DNA of 64,000 nucleotides from the human T2T-CHM13v2.0 reference genome, Homo sapiens, in assembly GCF_009914755.1 (NCBI RefSeq), contig NC_060948.1. One strand, 5' to 3'. Both the position numbers and the translations under genes were made by a program. The first letter of the stretch is position 1. Each line of letters starts with the position of its first letter. The notes beneath the pieces were generated by a model. It did no database searches and was not told where the DNA came from. It worked only from the letters and a program-made list of their open reading frames with translations. This document shows positions 13,501-28,230 of the stretch, in pieces.

Positions 13501-16500
13501 CTGTGAGAATGAGCTGACTTGTGCTTGATTCACAGAAACATTCAAAGTTTTCTGGCAGAGAAACCGAATCCTCCTGCAACGTGCAAAGAAACTCAGCCAC
13601 TAAAAGAAGATCATGAAACACAATCTGGAAGACAGCCAACCTACCAAGATCCCTTTTGCTCCCTGAAATTTCTGGCAGCCAAAAGATCTGTTGTGAGAGG
13701 CAGTCCCATCAAGCAAAAGCTCAATGAAAGACTCCCTCCACAATGAGAAAGGTCATGCAGGGGAAGTGAAACAGAGCCTTGATTACCAGGCAAATCCAGG
13801 CATGGTTCCCTGCTACTCATCCAACAGGAATCATGAAGCCTTCCAATAAAAGTGTGAGTACAAGAGTTTCCCTGTTGGTGGCTTTAATAGGAATTTATGC
13901 TTTTAGGCAATATATAGCTGCCCAGTCATTAAAATGTGACAGTGTTTGGAAGGAAACACTCATGCAATGGACTCCCATGAGTTTGACCTCCGTGAAGTGG
14001 GAAATGTTTAGTGTGAAAGAGGTTGAGTCACACACAGGATACCCTAGGCTGATGAGGAACATGGAAGACAGGAAAAGAAGAGGCAAGTGTGGAGACCACA
14101 TCCCACTCAGCATCAGTCCATCCCACTCCCATTTGTCTGTGGGTATGAAAGCTTTCAAATCCAGAGTTTGCCAGGTCATCCCCAGCTTGCAGTCCAAATG
14201 TTTCCTGCACTTTGGAGTACTTCCAACTGACCACTGGGCTATGGAGTTGGAAGCACCTTCTATTTCATTTGTCTTCATTTTTCTTTCAGGTGAAATTGTG
14301 AGACCCCATGCACCTCTCAACAGACTGTGTCCTCACCAGTATCTGACCTTATATCTGCTCACACTTTATGTCCCAGGATGAAATCCCAAGATGATAAAAA
14401 GTGCTCCCCCCATCCCCAGATGTAAATCAGCTGCTCAGCTTGGAAGTGAATTCGAGGTTAATTCAAGTGGCCCTGTGGAAGGACTGCTAGTGTCTCTCCC
14501 TGGGTTGGCTGCAAGAAAATGAAACACTGGGAGATATCTGTTTTTCAGTGTGGTGTTCTCCTCTTCTTTCTAGAAGAATGGCTTTTTTCCACACAAAATG
14601 CCACACACACTCAGACATCCAACATTCATAACTCTCCTACAGAAACACACACCCAGCAGCTACTAAGGCTGCATTGTTGTGCAGGAAGCACCACCTGAGA
14701 GAGAGCCCCACAGCCCAGGCAGAGCCACACACAGAAGCCACCAAAAGGTTGAGAAATTCAAAAAAGAAGGAAGCACTGAAGTGTGTTAGCAACATTCCTT
14801 TAAGCAGACTGCACTTACAGTCACACACATACCCCCCCACACACACACTTACAATGCCACACACACAGAGACAGATATTCAACCCTCACAGCACTCAACC
14901 AGAAAGGTTGGGAGATTGAAAAAAAAAAAAGAAAGGTTGAAGTGTGTTAGCCACGTTATTTTAAGCACAGACCATTTACAGGCACACACACACACAAACA
15001 CACAATGCCCGATACATACACAGACATTCAACACTTGCAACACTCCCACAAAAGAAAATAAAGCTGGGCAGTGCCTGTGGTTGTGTGGTTCTACAGGAAT
15101 CCCAACCTGGGAGCGAGCAACCCCAAGAAACACAGGAGAACTGTACCCAGAAATCACAGTGGGGCAAGTTTCAAAAAGACTCACCCCTAGTACATCTAGG
15201 CAGGCCTGAGGATTTCTGCATATCTTTTTGCATCCTTAGGAATTTCACTGTGTGTTCCTGGAGCTGTGCGTGACTCCTCCAAGCAGCTTGGAGGAGTGCA
15301 ACCCCAAGATGTGAATCTCCTGCTCATCTAGGAACCGAATTCGAGGTAAGTTCAAGTGGGCCTGTGGCCAGGACTGCTAGTGTCTCTCTCTGGGTTCCTG
15401 GGTTGGCTGAAGGAATGAATCACTAGGAGATGTCTCTTTTCTTGCGTGGTGTGCTCCTCTTTTTCTAGAAGAGTGGCTTTTTTTTTTTTCACTGGGAGGT
15501 GATTTGGAAGGCTGAGAGTCTCAGTCCACCTCCCAATTCACTGCGGATTCATGATCCACAGAAAAGTAAAGAACACGGAGCCCCACATCCCAAGCACAGC
15601 CACATTGATCACCCAACATAATGTTGGAAGGTTCAAAAGAGAAGAAGTGCTGAAGTGCATTAGCCACATTATTTTAAGCAGAGTCTACTTACAGGCACAT
15701 AGACACACACACACAGGCACACACATACAAACACACAATACCAAAAACACACACAGACATCCAACACTCACAACACTCCCTCATATAAACACACACTGGC
15801 AGTACCTAAGGCTATGTGGTTCTGCAGGAATCCCCACCAGGGAAAGAGCAGCCCCCAGAAAAACATTCGGGCTGTACCTAGAAATCACTCTAGGGCAAGT
15901 GTCAAAAAGACTCACTCCTACAACCTCTAGGCAGTTTTGAGGAATCCTGCAGATCTTTTGCATCCTTACAGATTTTGTAGTTTATTGCTGGGGCTGTACT
16001 TGACCTTTCTTCAGACTGGCTCACATCTGCCCTCTCCTAGGATCATGGGATTGTCTCAGGGATCCCACAGCAGAGACAGGCGAGAGATCAAAGCTGATGC
16101 ACCTCCACGGAAGTCTACTTCCCTGCCAAGCTGCAGGGACTTGTTGCTAGGCAACGGTGACATTTACTGTGATGCTAGCCAGAGCTTACAATCGGGCCTG
16201 GTGCCCTGAGACTAGCACGTGCACATTTGTGCGCAAGGCTTGGGGGCCAGGCGGTCAGAGCTATCAGCCTACCTAAGCAGAGGAAAATGGTACAGGCAGA
16301 GCCGACCTGGTATCAAAAAAGAGGCTGCCTGGAAAAACCTACTGTGGGACCCTAAAACTCGAACTGATGGACTATCTAGGCAGTCTCCGTGGTTGGGTCT
16401 TCCTGCAGGCAAAAGCGTTTTGTTAATGTGAGGTGGTCACAGGAAACTTCTCTTCTGACTCCATTCAAGAAAGACCTGAGTGCAAGAATTGTGTTCCAAC

Positions 16501-19500
16501 CAGATTGGAATACAGTTGGGAGTGTTGTTGTGGGTTATTTGGGTGACAGAATAATACCTGAGACCCCAGAGGCAGGTGTCAGTGAAAGATTAGGTCGGGC
16601 TCTTGACCTCACTTCCTCTCTTCATCCTGGGCCTCACAGCCACCCTCTTGTAATAGCAGGAACCAGGACAAAGGCAAGCTCAAGTTGGAGCAGTGTTCTC
16701 ACACCTCAGACTGGCCTCTCATGAATGCAAATTTGAGGTTGAGACAGTGTGTCAGACGCCATCTGTAGTGATGGCAAGCCTGAAAAGGGTGTTTAGTGGT
16801 GCTATTGATGGGCACTGTGGATTCACCATGAAAGCAAAGGAAAATCAATTTTTGCCAGAGAATGAGCTGCCTTGTGCTGGATCCCAAGCAATGTTCAGTG
16901 ATTCCTGTCAGAGGACCCAAAAGATTCCTGCAAAGTGCAAACAACCTCAGCCCCACAATGAGACAAGAACCCACAACCTGGAGCACTGATTTTTTTTGAA
17001 ATCTCTGAAATCCATGGCAGCTAAATAATCTGTGGTGAGAGGCAGTCCAATCTAGCAACATCCCAATGAAAGAGTCCCTTCACAATGAGAAGTCTGTGTA
17101 GATGATCTGAAACAGCCTATATTACCAGGAAAAAGCAAGATACAGTTGCCTGCTTCTCATCCTGAAGGAATCACACAGCCCTCAGATAAAAGTGGGAGAA
17201 TAAGAGTTTTCTTGTTGGTGGCTGTAACAGGAATTTATGATTTTAAAACTATCACAGCTTCCCAGTCATTAAAACTTGACAGTGCTTAGAGGAAAACACT
17301 CACACAATGGTTTCCCACAAGGATCGTTCTCTGTGAACTGGAAACTTTTAGTTTGTACATCATTGAGCCAAACCCAGGAAACACTATGCTAATAAAAAAC
17401 ATAAACATCAGAAAAGAAAGAGGCAAGTGTGGAGGTCACATCTCACCCAGCTTTAATCCATTCCACTCCCACTTGGCTCCAGTATGAAAGCTGTCAAATT
17501 GGGAATTTGCCAGGATGGCCCCAATTTCTACTCCAAATGCTCCTTGCACATTGGAATACTACCATCTGAACACCAGGCCATGGTGTGGACTGCTTGTGCA
17601 ATTAAGGGAATGTGGGGATAAGTTTGAAAGCATCTTCTGTGTCATCTGTCTTCATTTTTTTTTTTTTTTTTGCCGGTGAAGTTGCAGGGCCCCATCATCA
17701 TCCACCAGATTGTATCCTCACCCTATCTTACTTTATTGCTACTCACACTCTGTTTCAGGTTGAAATCCCAAAATGATGGAGGAGTGCCCACTCATGACAT
17801 GAAGCACCTGCTCAGCTGGGAGCCGAATGTGAGGCAAATTCAAGGTGCCCTGTTGAACAGGATTGCTAATGTCTCTCCCTGGGTTTGCTGCAGGATGATG
17901 AAACACTGGGAAATGTCTGGTTTTTTTTTGGTATGGTGTGCTCCTCTTCTGTCTAGAGGAGTGGCATGGTTTTTTTTTTTTTTTTCTTTTTTTTTTTTTC
18001 AGAGGGAGGTTATTTATCTGGATGCCGACACTTTTCAGCATGCCTCCCAATCCACTGCAGATTCATGATCCACAGAGAAATAAAGAATGTGCGGTGACAC
18101 AGCCCAAGGTTAGCCACACAGACAGGCTACCAAAACTTCGGAAGACAAACATACAAACAAGCAAAAATGCTTTAGTGCATTAGCCACATTCTTATTTGCT
18201 TATATGCAGACTCCACTTATGTGGCACACACACACACACACCCAATGCCACACAGACACGCAGACATTCCAACATGCAGATATTGCAAACTCACAACTGT
18301 CCCACAGAAACACATAAACCAGGAGCTCCTGAGGCTATGTGGTTCTACAAGAACCCCTATCGGGAGAGAGCTGCCCCAGGGAACACAGGCAGTCTGTACT
18401 TAGAAATCACAGTGGGACAAGTTTCAAAAAACTCAACCCTATGACGTCTAGGCAGGCCTGAGGAATCCTGCAGATCATTTTGGATCCTTAGGGATTTTGC
18501 TGTTTATTCCTGGGGTTGTGCTTGATGTTTCTTCAGGCTGGGTCACATCTGTCCTCTCCTAAAATCATGGGACTATCCCATGGATCCCACGGAGAAGACA
18601 GGCAACATTTCACTCCCTATGCACATCCATGGAGGTCTCCTTCACCAAGCTACAGAGACTTGTCGCTAGTCAAAGATGACATTCATATTGATGCATGCCA
18701 GAGTTCACAATGATGCCTGGTGCCCTGAGGGTAGCACATGAACACTTGCATTCATGAGGCAGGCTAGGGCACGTGGCTCTCAGAGTTATCAGCCTGCATA
18801 AGTAGAGCATATTCATACAGGCAGAATCTGCATGGTATTAGGAAAAAGGCTGCCTGAGAAAAGCCACTGTGGGACCCTAAAACTCTCTACCTCAGGGACC
18901 CTCTGACCCATCTCCATGGTTGGGTTCTGCTGGAGGAGGAGGCATTTTGTGACTGTGAGTTGGTCACTAGAAATTGCTCTTATGACTCTATTCCCAAAAC
19001 AGGTTGTGTGCAAGAATTGGGTCCCATGGGGATTATAATATAGTCTGGTATGTTGTTGAGGGTTCTTTGTGTGATAGAATTATACCTGAGACCCCAGAGG
19101 CTGGTGTCATGAAAAGATGGCCAGGCTCTTGACCTCACTGCCTCCCTTCATCTTTGACCCCGCAGGGGCTCTCTGGGAAAGGCAGGAACTATGATAAAGG
19201 CAATTCAAAGTTGGATCAGTGTTCTCACATCTCGTACTGCCCTCTCTGGAGTGCAGATGAAGTTGAGACAGTGTTTCAGAGATGGTTTGTGGCAACGGCA
19301 AGCCTGAAAAGAGTGTCTGTAGTGCTGTTAAGGGGCAATGTGGATTCTCCATGAAAGCAAAGAAAAATCAAGGCTCACCTGAGAGAACGAGCTGCCTTCT
19401 TCTGGAGTCCAAGCAATGTTCAGTGATTCCTGTCAGAGAACCCACAAACTTCTGGCAAAGTGCAAACATTCACAGCCTCTACAAAAAGACAATGACAGAC

Positions 19501-22500
19501 AACTTGCACTGCAGCCAGAACACCGAATTTTCCTTTTGCTCTCTGAAATCCCTGGCAGCTAAATAATCTGTGGCCAGAGGCAGTCCCATCCAGCAACAGC
19601 TCAATGAAAGTGATCCTCTACAATGAGGAAGTCATGCAGATTAAATGAAACAGAAGCTCGATTACCAGGCAAAAGCCAGACACTGCTGCCCACTTTTCAT
19701 CCTACAAGAATCATGCAGCCCTCTGATAGAAGTGGGAGAACAAGAGTTTTCTTGTTTGTGGCTGTAACAGGAATTCAGAGTTTAAAAAAATTTCAAAGCT
19801 TCCCAGTCATTAAAACATGATGGTGGTTATAAGAAAACACTCATGCAATGGATTTTCATGAGGGTCATTTTCTGTGAACTGGGAAACATTTATTGTGGAA
19901 GCCGTTGAGCCAGATCTAGAGAGCCCTGGTCCAAGGAGGAACATGGATGTCAGTAAAGGAAGAGGCAAGTGTGAAGGCCACATCCACCCAGCATCAATCC
20001 ATTCCACTCACATTTGTCTCTGAATAAAAATCCCTCAAATCATGAGTTTGCCATGATGGCTCCAACTTCTACTCCAAAGTTTTCTTCAATGTTGGAGTAC
20101 TCTGACTTGAACACCGGGCCACGGTGTGGGCTGCTTTTGCAATTAAGGGAATGCAGTGATGGAGTTGGAAGCACTTTCTGTGTCACCTATCCTTATTTTT
20201 TTTTTTGCAAGTCAGGTTGTGGGTCCCCATCCACCCCTCACCAGATTGTATCCTCATCCCTATCTGACATTCTTCTTCACACACTGTACTTGACATATTT
20301 TCAAAATGGCTCATGTCTACCCTCCCCTTGAATCATGGAACTCTCCCTTTGATCCCACAGAGAAGACAGGTGAGAGTCCACTGCTGACAGATGTCCATGG
20401 AGGTCTCCTTTTCCGCCAAGATGCAGGGCTTTTTTCTACACAATGGTGACCTGCGTTGTGATGCTAGACAGAGCTCACAATCAAGCCTGGTGACCTGAGA
20501 CTAGCCCTTGTGCATTCATAAAGCAGGCTCGGGCCGGTGGCTGTCACAGTTGTCAGCCTGCCTAAGCACAGCAAGAGCCGGCCTGTTATCTGGAAAAATG
20601 CTGCCGTGAAAAGCCACAGTGGGATCCTAAAAGTCTCAAATTCAGTCCTCCTCCAGACAGTCTCAATGGTCAAGTCCTGCTGGAGGAGGAGGCCACTTGA
20701 GACTGTGAAGTGGTCAAGGGAAACTTCTCTTCTTATTCCATTCCTGAAGGAAGCTGTGTGCATGAATCAGGTCCCATGGGGAATGAAATATAGTCTGGAG
20801 TGTTTTTGACGGTACTTTGGGTGATAGAATCATACCTGAGACCCCAGAAGCAGGTGTCAGTGAAAAATGGCTGGGCTCTTGATCCACTGCCTCCCTCATC
20901 CTGGGTTTTGAAGGGCATCTCTGGGAAAGGCAAGAACCAAGAAAAGGGCAATTCCAAGGTGGAACAGCGTTCTTAACCCTCGGACTGTCCTCTCTCTGTG
21001 TAGATGAGGTTACAACTGTATCTCAGAGAATGTCTATAGAGATGGAAGCCTGAAATGTGTGTTCAGTAGTGCTGTTGAGGGCCACAGTGGATGCCCCATG
21101 AAAGACTTGAAAAATCAAGGATTGCCTGAGAGAATGAGCTGTTGTTTTGGAGTCCAAACAATGTTCATTGAATCCTGTCAGAGGACCCACAAGCCTCCTA
21201 CAAAGTGCAAATATTCTTAGCCCCCATAAAGAAACAATGACCCACAACCTATAATGCAGCCAGCCTACCCAAAGTCCATTTGGCTCTCTGAAATCCCTAG
21301 CATCTAAATAACCTGTGTTAAGAGGCAGTCCCATCCAGCAACAGACCAATGAAAGAGCCCCTCCACAATGAGAAGGCCATGAAGATGAAAAGAATAAGAG
21401 GCCAGATTAACAGACAGAAGCCAGGCATTGCTTCCTGCTTCTTATCCTACAGGAATCTTGCAGCCCTCCAATGGAAGTGAGAGAGCCAGTGTTAAGAAGA
21501 AAACACTTATGCAATGGATACCCCTGAGGGTCGTTTTTCATGAACTGGGAAATGTTTAGTGTAGAATTAATTGAGCTAGACTCAGGAAACCCTAGGTCAA
21601 TGAGAAAAATGGTAGTCAGAAAAAGAAGAGGAAAGTCTGGAGGCCAAATTCCACACAGCATCAATCCATTCCACTCCCATTTGACTCTGGGTATGAAAGT
21701 TATCAAATCAGGAGTTAGCTAGGATGGCCCCAATTTACACACCAAAAGTTTCTTGCAGGTTCATGCACCTGAACATCAGACCATGGTGTGGACTGCTTGT
21801 GCAATTGAAGGAATGTGGGAATGGTGTTGAAAGCACCTTCTTTGTCATCTGTCTTCCTTTGCATTGCAGGTGAAGTTGCAGGACCCAATCCACCCCTCAA
21901 TAGATTGTATCCTCACACCTATTTCACCATATTACTTCTAACACTCTATGTCCCAGGATGCAATCCTAAGATGATGGAGGAGTGCCTCTTCACAAAGTGA
22001 AGTACCTGATCAGATGGGAACCTAATTCAAGGTAAATTACAGGGGCCCAGCAGATAGGATGCCTAGTCTGTCTGTCTGGGTTGGCTGCAGGACAATAAAA
22101 TACAGAAAAATGTCTGTTTTTTGGTGTGGTGTCTTCCTCTTTTTTCTAAAAGAGTGGCTTTTTTTTTTTCCAGAGGGAGGTTATTTGGATGCTGATGGGT
22201 CTTGGCATGCCTCCCAATTCACAGTGGATTTATAATGCACAGATAAATGAAGAAAACAAGACCCCAGAGCCCAAGAAAAGCCACACAGGGCAGCCACCAA
22301 AAGGTTAGGAGTCTCAAAAAAAAGAAGCACTGAAGTGCTTTAACCATGTTCCTTTAAGAAGACTCCGCTAAAAGGCACACACAAACACACACAAAATGCT
22401 AAACACATATGCAGAAAACACTCTCACAGAAACACATAGCCAAGCAGCTCCTGAAGCTGTGTGGTTCTGCAGGTAGCCCCACGTCGGGGAGAGCAACCCC

Positions 22501-25500
22501 AGCTAACACAGTCAGGATGTACCTAGAAATCACAGTGGGACAAGTTTCAAGAAACCTCACTCCTACAACATTTAGGTAGGTCTGAGGAATCCTGAAGAAC
22601 GTTTTAGATCCTTAGGGATTCCGCGGTTTATTCCGGGGGCTGGGCTTGAGGTTTATTCAAGCTGGCTCGTGTCTGCTCCCTCCTAGATTCGTGGGACTAT
22701 CCCATGGATCTACAGAGAAGATAGGCAAGAGTCCACCACCGATGCACCTCCACAAAAGTCTCCTCTGCCAAGCTTCAGGCACTTGTCACTATGCACCAGT
22801 CACAATCACTGTGATGCTAGCAAGGGCTCACAATCAGTCCTGGTGCCCTGAGACTAGAACATGCACATTCGTGAGGCAGGCTCTGGTGCCCATTTGTCAG
22901 AGCTGTCATCCTGTCTAAGCAGAGGAAAATAGTGCAGGCAGAGCCAGCCTGGTATCAGAAAAATTCTGACTGCAAAAACCCACTGCAGGCCCCTAAAAGT
23001 CTAGACATCAGGACCAATTCGGGCCATCTCCATGGTCAGTTTTCACTGGAGGAGGAGGCATTTCAAGACTGTGAGGTGGTTGCTAGAAACTGATCTTCTC
23101 ACTATATTCCCAAAAGAGAATGTGTGTGTGCAAGAATTGGGTCACATGCGGATTGGAATATAGTTTGGTGTGTAGTTGAGTGTTCTTTGAGGGATAGAAT
23201 CTTACCTGAGACCCCAGAGGCATGTGACAGTGAAAGATGGCTGGGCTCTTGACATCACTGACTGTCTTCATCTCAGGCCTCCCATTGGCTCTCTGGGAAA
23301 GGCAGGAACATGACAAAGGCAAGTCCAAGGTGGAGTAATGTTCTCACACCTTGGACTGTCCTCTCAAGGGTGCAGATGAGGTTCAGACAGTGTATCCGAG
23401 ACCATCTGTGGTGATGGCAAGGATGAAAATGCTGAATATTAGTGCTGTCAAGATTCACTGTGAATTACCCACAAAAGCAAAGAATAATCAAGACTCGCCT
23501 GAAAGAATGAGCTGCCTTCTGCTGGAGTCAAAGCAATGTTCAATGATTCCCATCAGAGGACCTAAAAGCCTCCTACAATGTGCAAACAATCTCAGCCCCC
23601 ACAAGGAAGCAATGACCCACAACCTGGAGCGCAGGAAGCCTACCCACAGTCGCTTTTGCTCTCTGAAATCCCTGGCAGCTAAATAATCTGTGGTGAGAGG
23701 CAGTCACATCCAGCAACAGCCCAATGGAAGAGCCCTTCCACAATGAAAAGGCTGTGCAGTTGAAAGAAAATAGAGGCTAGATTAGCAGGCAAAAACCAGA
23801 CAAGTATTCTCATCCTGCAAGTATTATGCAGCCGTTCAAAAGAAGTAGGAGAAAAAGAGTTTCTTTGTTGGCAGCAGTAATGAGAATTTTTGGTTTCAAA
23901 ATATCAAAGCTGCCCAGTCATTAAAACGTGACAGTGTTTAGAAGGAAACACTCATGCAATGGATTCCCATGAGGGATATTCTCCGTGAACTGGAAAACCT
24001 TTAGTGTGAAAGTTGTTGAGCCAGACACAGGAAACTCTAAGTGGATGAGGAATATAGAAGTCACACAAAAAAAGAGGAAAATATGGAGGCCACATCCCAG
24101 CCAGCATCAATCCATTCCACTGGAATTGGTCTCGGAATATGAAAGCCCTCAAATCAGGAGTTTGCCAGGATGGACCCAAATTGCACTCCAAATGTCTGTT
24201 GCTCATTGGAGTATCGCCACCTGAACATGGGGTCATTGTGTGGACTGTGTGTGCAATTAAGGGAATGCAGGGATGGAGTTGGAAGACCTTCTGTGTCATC
24301 TGTCTGTATTTTTATTGTAGATGAATTACAGGACTCCAACCACCTTTCACCAGATTTTATCTCCACCCATATCTGACCTTATTGCTGCTCACACTCGATG
24401 TCCCAGGATAAAATCCCAAGATGATGGAGGAGTACCCCCTTACAACGTGAAGTACCTGCTCAGCTTGGAACCTAATTCAAGGTAAGTTCAAGTGTCCCTG
24501 CAGACAGGACTGCTAGTGTCTCCCCTTGTGTTTGCTGCAAGACAATGAAACACTGAAAAATGCCTGTTTTTTCTTTTTTCTTTCTTTCTTTTTTTTTGTG
24601 TGCGTGTGTGTGTGGTGTGCTCCTCTTCTTTCTGGAAGTGTGGCTATTTTGCAGGGGGAGATGATTTGGACGCCATGGGGAATTGGCCTGACTTCCAATT
24701 CATGTTGGATTCATAATTCACAGAAAAATAAAGAACATGAAGCTTTGTAGCCCAAGCAGATCCACGCAGACAGGCCACCAAAATGTTGGGAGACTCAAAA
24801 AAATAACGCTGAACTATGTTAGCCACATTGCATTAAGCAGACTCCCCTTACAGGCACACACACACACAAACACACACAAACACTCACAAACACACACAGA
24901 GAAACAGACAAAGTGCCACACACACGCAGACATCCAACACTCACAACACTCCCACAGAAACACACAGGCTGGCAGCTCCTGAGGCTGTGTGATTCTGAAG
25001 GTAACCTCACCTGCGAGAGAGCAACCCAGGGAAACATAGTTGGGCTATACCTAGAAATCAGTTTGGCAAGTTTCAAAAAGACTCACCTCTACAATGTCTA
25101 GGCATGCCTGAGAAATGCTGCAGATCTTTTTGGATCCTAGAGATTTTGCAGTTTATTCCTGGGGCTTTCCTTGATGTTTCTTCAGGCAAGCTTGCATGTG
25201 CCATTTCCTGGGGTCATGGGACAATCCCATAGATCAAACAGAGAAGACAGGCGAGAGTTCATGGCCAATGCATCTCCACAGAAGTCTCCTTATATGCCAA
25301 GATGCAGGGACTTGTCACTAGGCAATGGTGAAATTCATTGTGACACTCGTTAGAGCTCACAATCAGGCCTGGTTCCCTGAGACTGGAGCATGTGCCTTTG
25401 TGGGCAGGCTTGGAAGCCTGGCTGTAAGAGCTGTCACCCTGCCTAAGCAGAGGAAATTGGTACATGTAGAGCCAGACTGGTATCTGGGAAAATATTTCCT

Positions 25501-25577
25501 GTAGTAACCCACTGTGGAATGCTAAAAGTCTCATCCTTAGGACCCCTTGGATCATCTTTGTTCTTGGGTACCCCTGG

Positions 25578-25639
25578 AGGAGGTTGCTTTTTTTTTTTTA
25601 AGATGTTAAGTGTATATATGAAAAAGGAGGTTGCTTTTT
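25578..25639 (-). mobile_element. Ultra-short poly(A)-tailed retro-insertion with 15-bp target-site duplication
   Basis: AGGAGGTTGCTTTTT at 25578-25592 and 25625-25639 flanks a T-tract plus 25 nt absent from other monomers. Confidence 0.7.
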
Positions 25640-28230
25640 CAGACTGTGAGTTGGTTCTGAAAAACTGCTCTTCTGACTCATTGCTGAAAGAAGCTGTGTG
25701 CAATAATCAGGTCCCATGGGGATTGGAATGTAGTCTGGTGATTTGTTTAGGTGTCTTTGGGTGATAGAATCATACCTGAGACCCCAGAGATGGGTGTCAG
25801 CAAAAGATGGCTGGGCCATTAACCTTACTGCCTCCCTTCATCCTGGGTTTCACAGGGTCTCTCTCAGATAGGCAGGAAACATGACAAAGGCAAGTCCAAA
25901 TTGGAGAAGTACTCTCACACCTCAAACTGGCCTCTCACACATGCAGATGAAGTTGAGAGAGGGTCTCAGTGGCTATCTGTGGTGATTGCAACCCTAGAAA
26001 TGGTGTCCAGTAGTGATAGTGAGTGGCACTGTGGACCCCCCGTGAAATCAAGAAAAATCAAGGTTTGCATGAGAGAACACACTACCCTGGGCTGGAGTCC
26101 AAGTAACGTTCAAAGATTCCTGTTAGAGGACCCAAAACCCTCCTGCAAAGTTCAAACAACCTTATCCCCCATAACAAGACCAAGACTCACAACCTGGAAT
26201 GCTGCCAGCCTATCTGAAATCCCTTGTCTTCTGGGAAATCCCTGGCATCCAATAAATTTATAGTGGGAGGCAGCCCCATCCAGCAACAGCCCAATGAAAG
26301 ACCCTCTACACATTGAGAAAGGACATGCAGATAAAAGGAAACAGAATCTGTATTACCAGGCAAAATCCAGACATGGCTGCCTGCTTCTCATCCTACAGAA
26401 ATCATGTAGGCCTCCAATAGAAGTTGGAGAGCAAGAGTTTCATTATTGGCAGCTGTAACAGGAATTTATGGTTTTAAAATTATCACAGCTGCCCAGTCAT
26501 TGAAACTTGACAGTGTTTAGAAGGAAACACTCATGCAATGGATTCCCTTGAGGGTCACCTTCCATGAACTGGGAAATATTTAGCATGGAAGATGGTATGC
26601 CAGACCCACGAATCCCTAGGCCAAGGAGGCACATGTAAGTCAGGAAAAGAAGAAGCAAGTGTGGAGGTCACATCCCACCATGCAGCAGTGGATCTCACTG
26701 ACATTTGGCTCTGCCTATGAAAGCCCTCAAATTGGGAGTTTGCCAGGATGGCCCCAGCTTGCACTCTAAATGTTTCCTGCATGTTGGAGTTGGAGTACTC
26801 CCAACTGAATACTGGGCTAACTTGAGGACTGTTTGTGCAATTAAGGAAATGTGGGGTCTGCTGGAAGCACCTTCTGTGTCATCTGTCTTTAACTATTTGC
26901 AGGTGAAGGTACGGGACCCCATCCACCCCTCACCAGATTGTATCCTCACCCCACCTGATCTTATTGCTGCTTACACTCTATGCCCTAGGATGAAATTCCA
27001 AGACAATGGAGGAGTGACCCCTGACAATGGGAAGTACCTGCTCAGCTAAGAACCAAATTCGAGGTAAATTCATGTGGACAGAACTGTTGGCATTTCTCCT
27101 TAGGATGGCTGCAGGACAATGAAACATTGCAAGATTTCTGTTCTTGAGTGTGGCATGCTGCTCTTCTTTCTAGAAGGGTGGCTTTTTTTGCAGTGATCAG
27201 TTATGCAGACCCCTGCAGGTCATAGCCAGCCTCATAATTCACTGTGAATTCACGATTCACAGAAAAATAAACAGGTAGGCCTACATCCCAGGCAGAGCCA
27301 CACAGGTAGGCCACCGAAGTGTTGGGAGTCTCAAATAGAAGAAGCCCTGCAGTGCGTTATCCACATCCCTTTAAGCAGACTAAACTTACAGGTGTGTGTG
27401 CGTGCGTGCACGCACACACACTCAAACACACAAAACCAAAAAGTCACACCCACACCCAGACATCCAACACTTGGAACACTCCCTCAGAAACACAGAGCCT
27501 GGCAGCTTCTGAGGCTGCACGTGTATGCAGAAAGCCCCACCTGGGAGAGAGAAACTCTGACGAACACAGTGGACTTTACCTAAAAATAACAGTTGGATGA
27601 GTTTCAAAAAGTCTCAACCCTAGAACGTCTAGGCAGGACTGAGAAACCTGGCTAATTTTTTTGTAACCTTAGGACTCGCGGTTTATTCCTTTGGCTCTCC
27701 TTGATGTTTCTTCAGGCTGGCTTATGTCTGCCCTCTTCTAGGAACATGGGACTATCCCGTGAGTCCCACAAAGAAGACAGGCGAAAGTCCACCGCTGTCA
27801 CCCCTCTACGGAGATCTCTTTCTCAGCCAAGTTGCCAGGACTTGTCGCTAGGTAATGGTGACATTTATTGTGATGCTAGCCAGAGCTCACAATCAGGCCT
27901 GGTGCCCTGAGACTAGCGCATGCGCATTCAAGGGTTGCCCGGCTGTTAGAGCTGTCAAACTGTGGAAGCAGAAAAAAACTCTACAAGCAGAGCCGGCCTG
28001 GTGTCGGGAATTAGGATGCCTGCGACAATGCACTGCAGGACCCTAGAAGTCTCGATGTTAGGGACACTTCAGGCTGTCTCCGTGGTCTGTTCCCACAGGA
28101 GGAGGTGTTTAGAGACTGTGAGATGGTCACTGGAAACTGCTCTTCTCACTCCCTTTCCAAAAGAGGCTGTGTGGAAGAATCAGGTCCCATGGGGATTGTA
28201 ATGTAGTCTGATGAGTTGTGGAGGAGTCTT

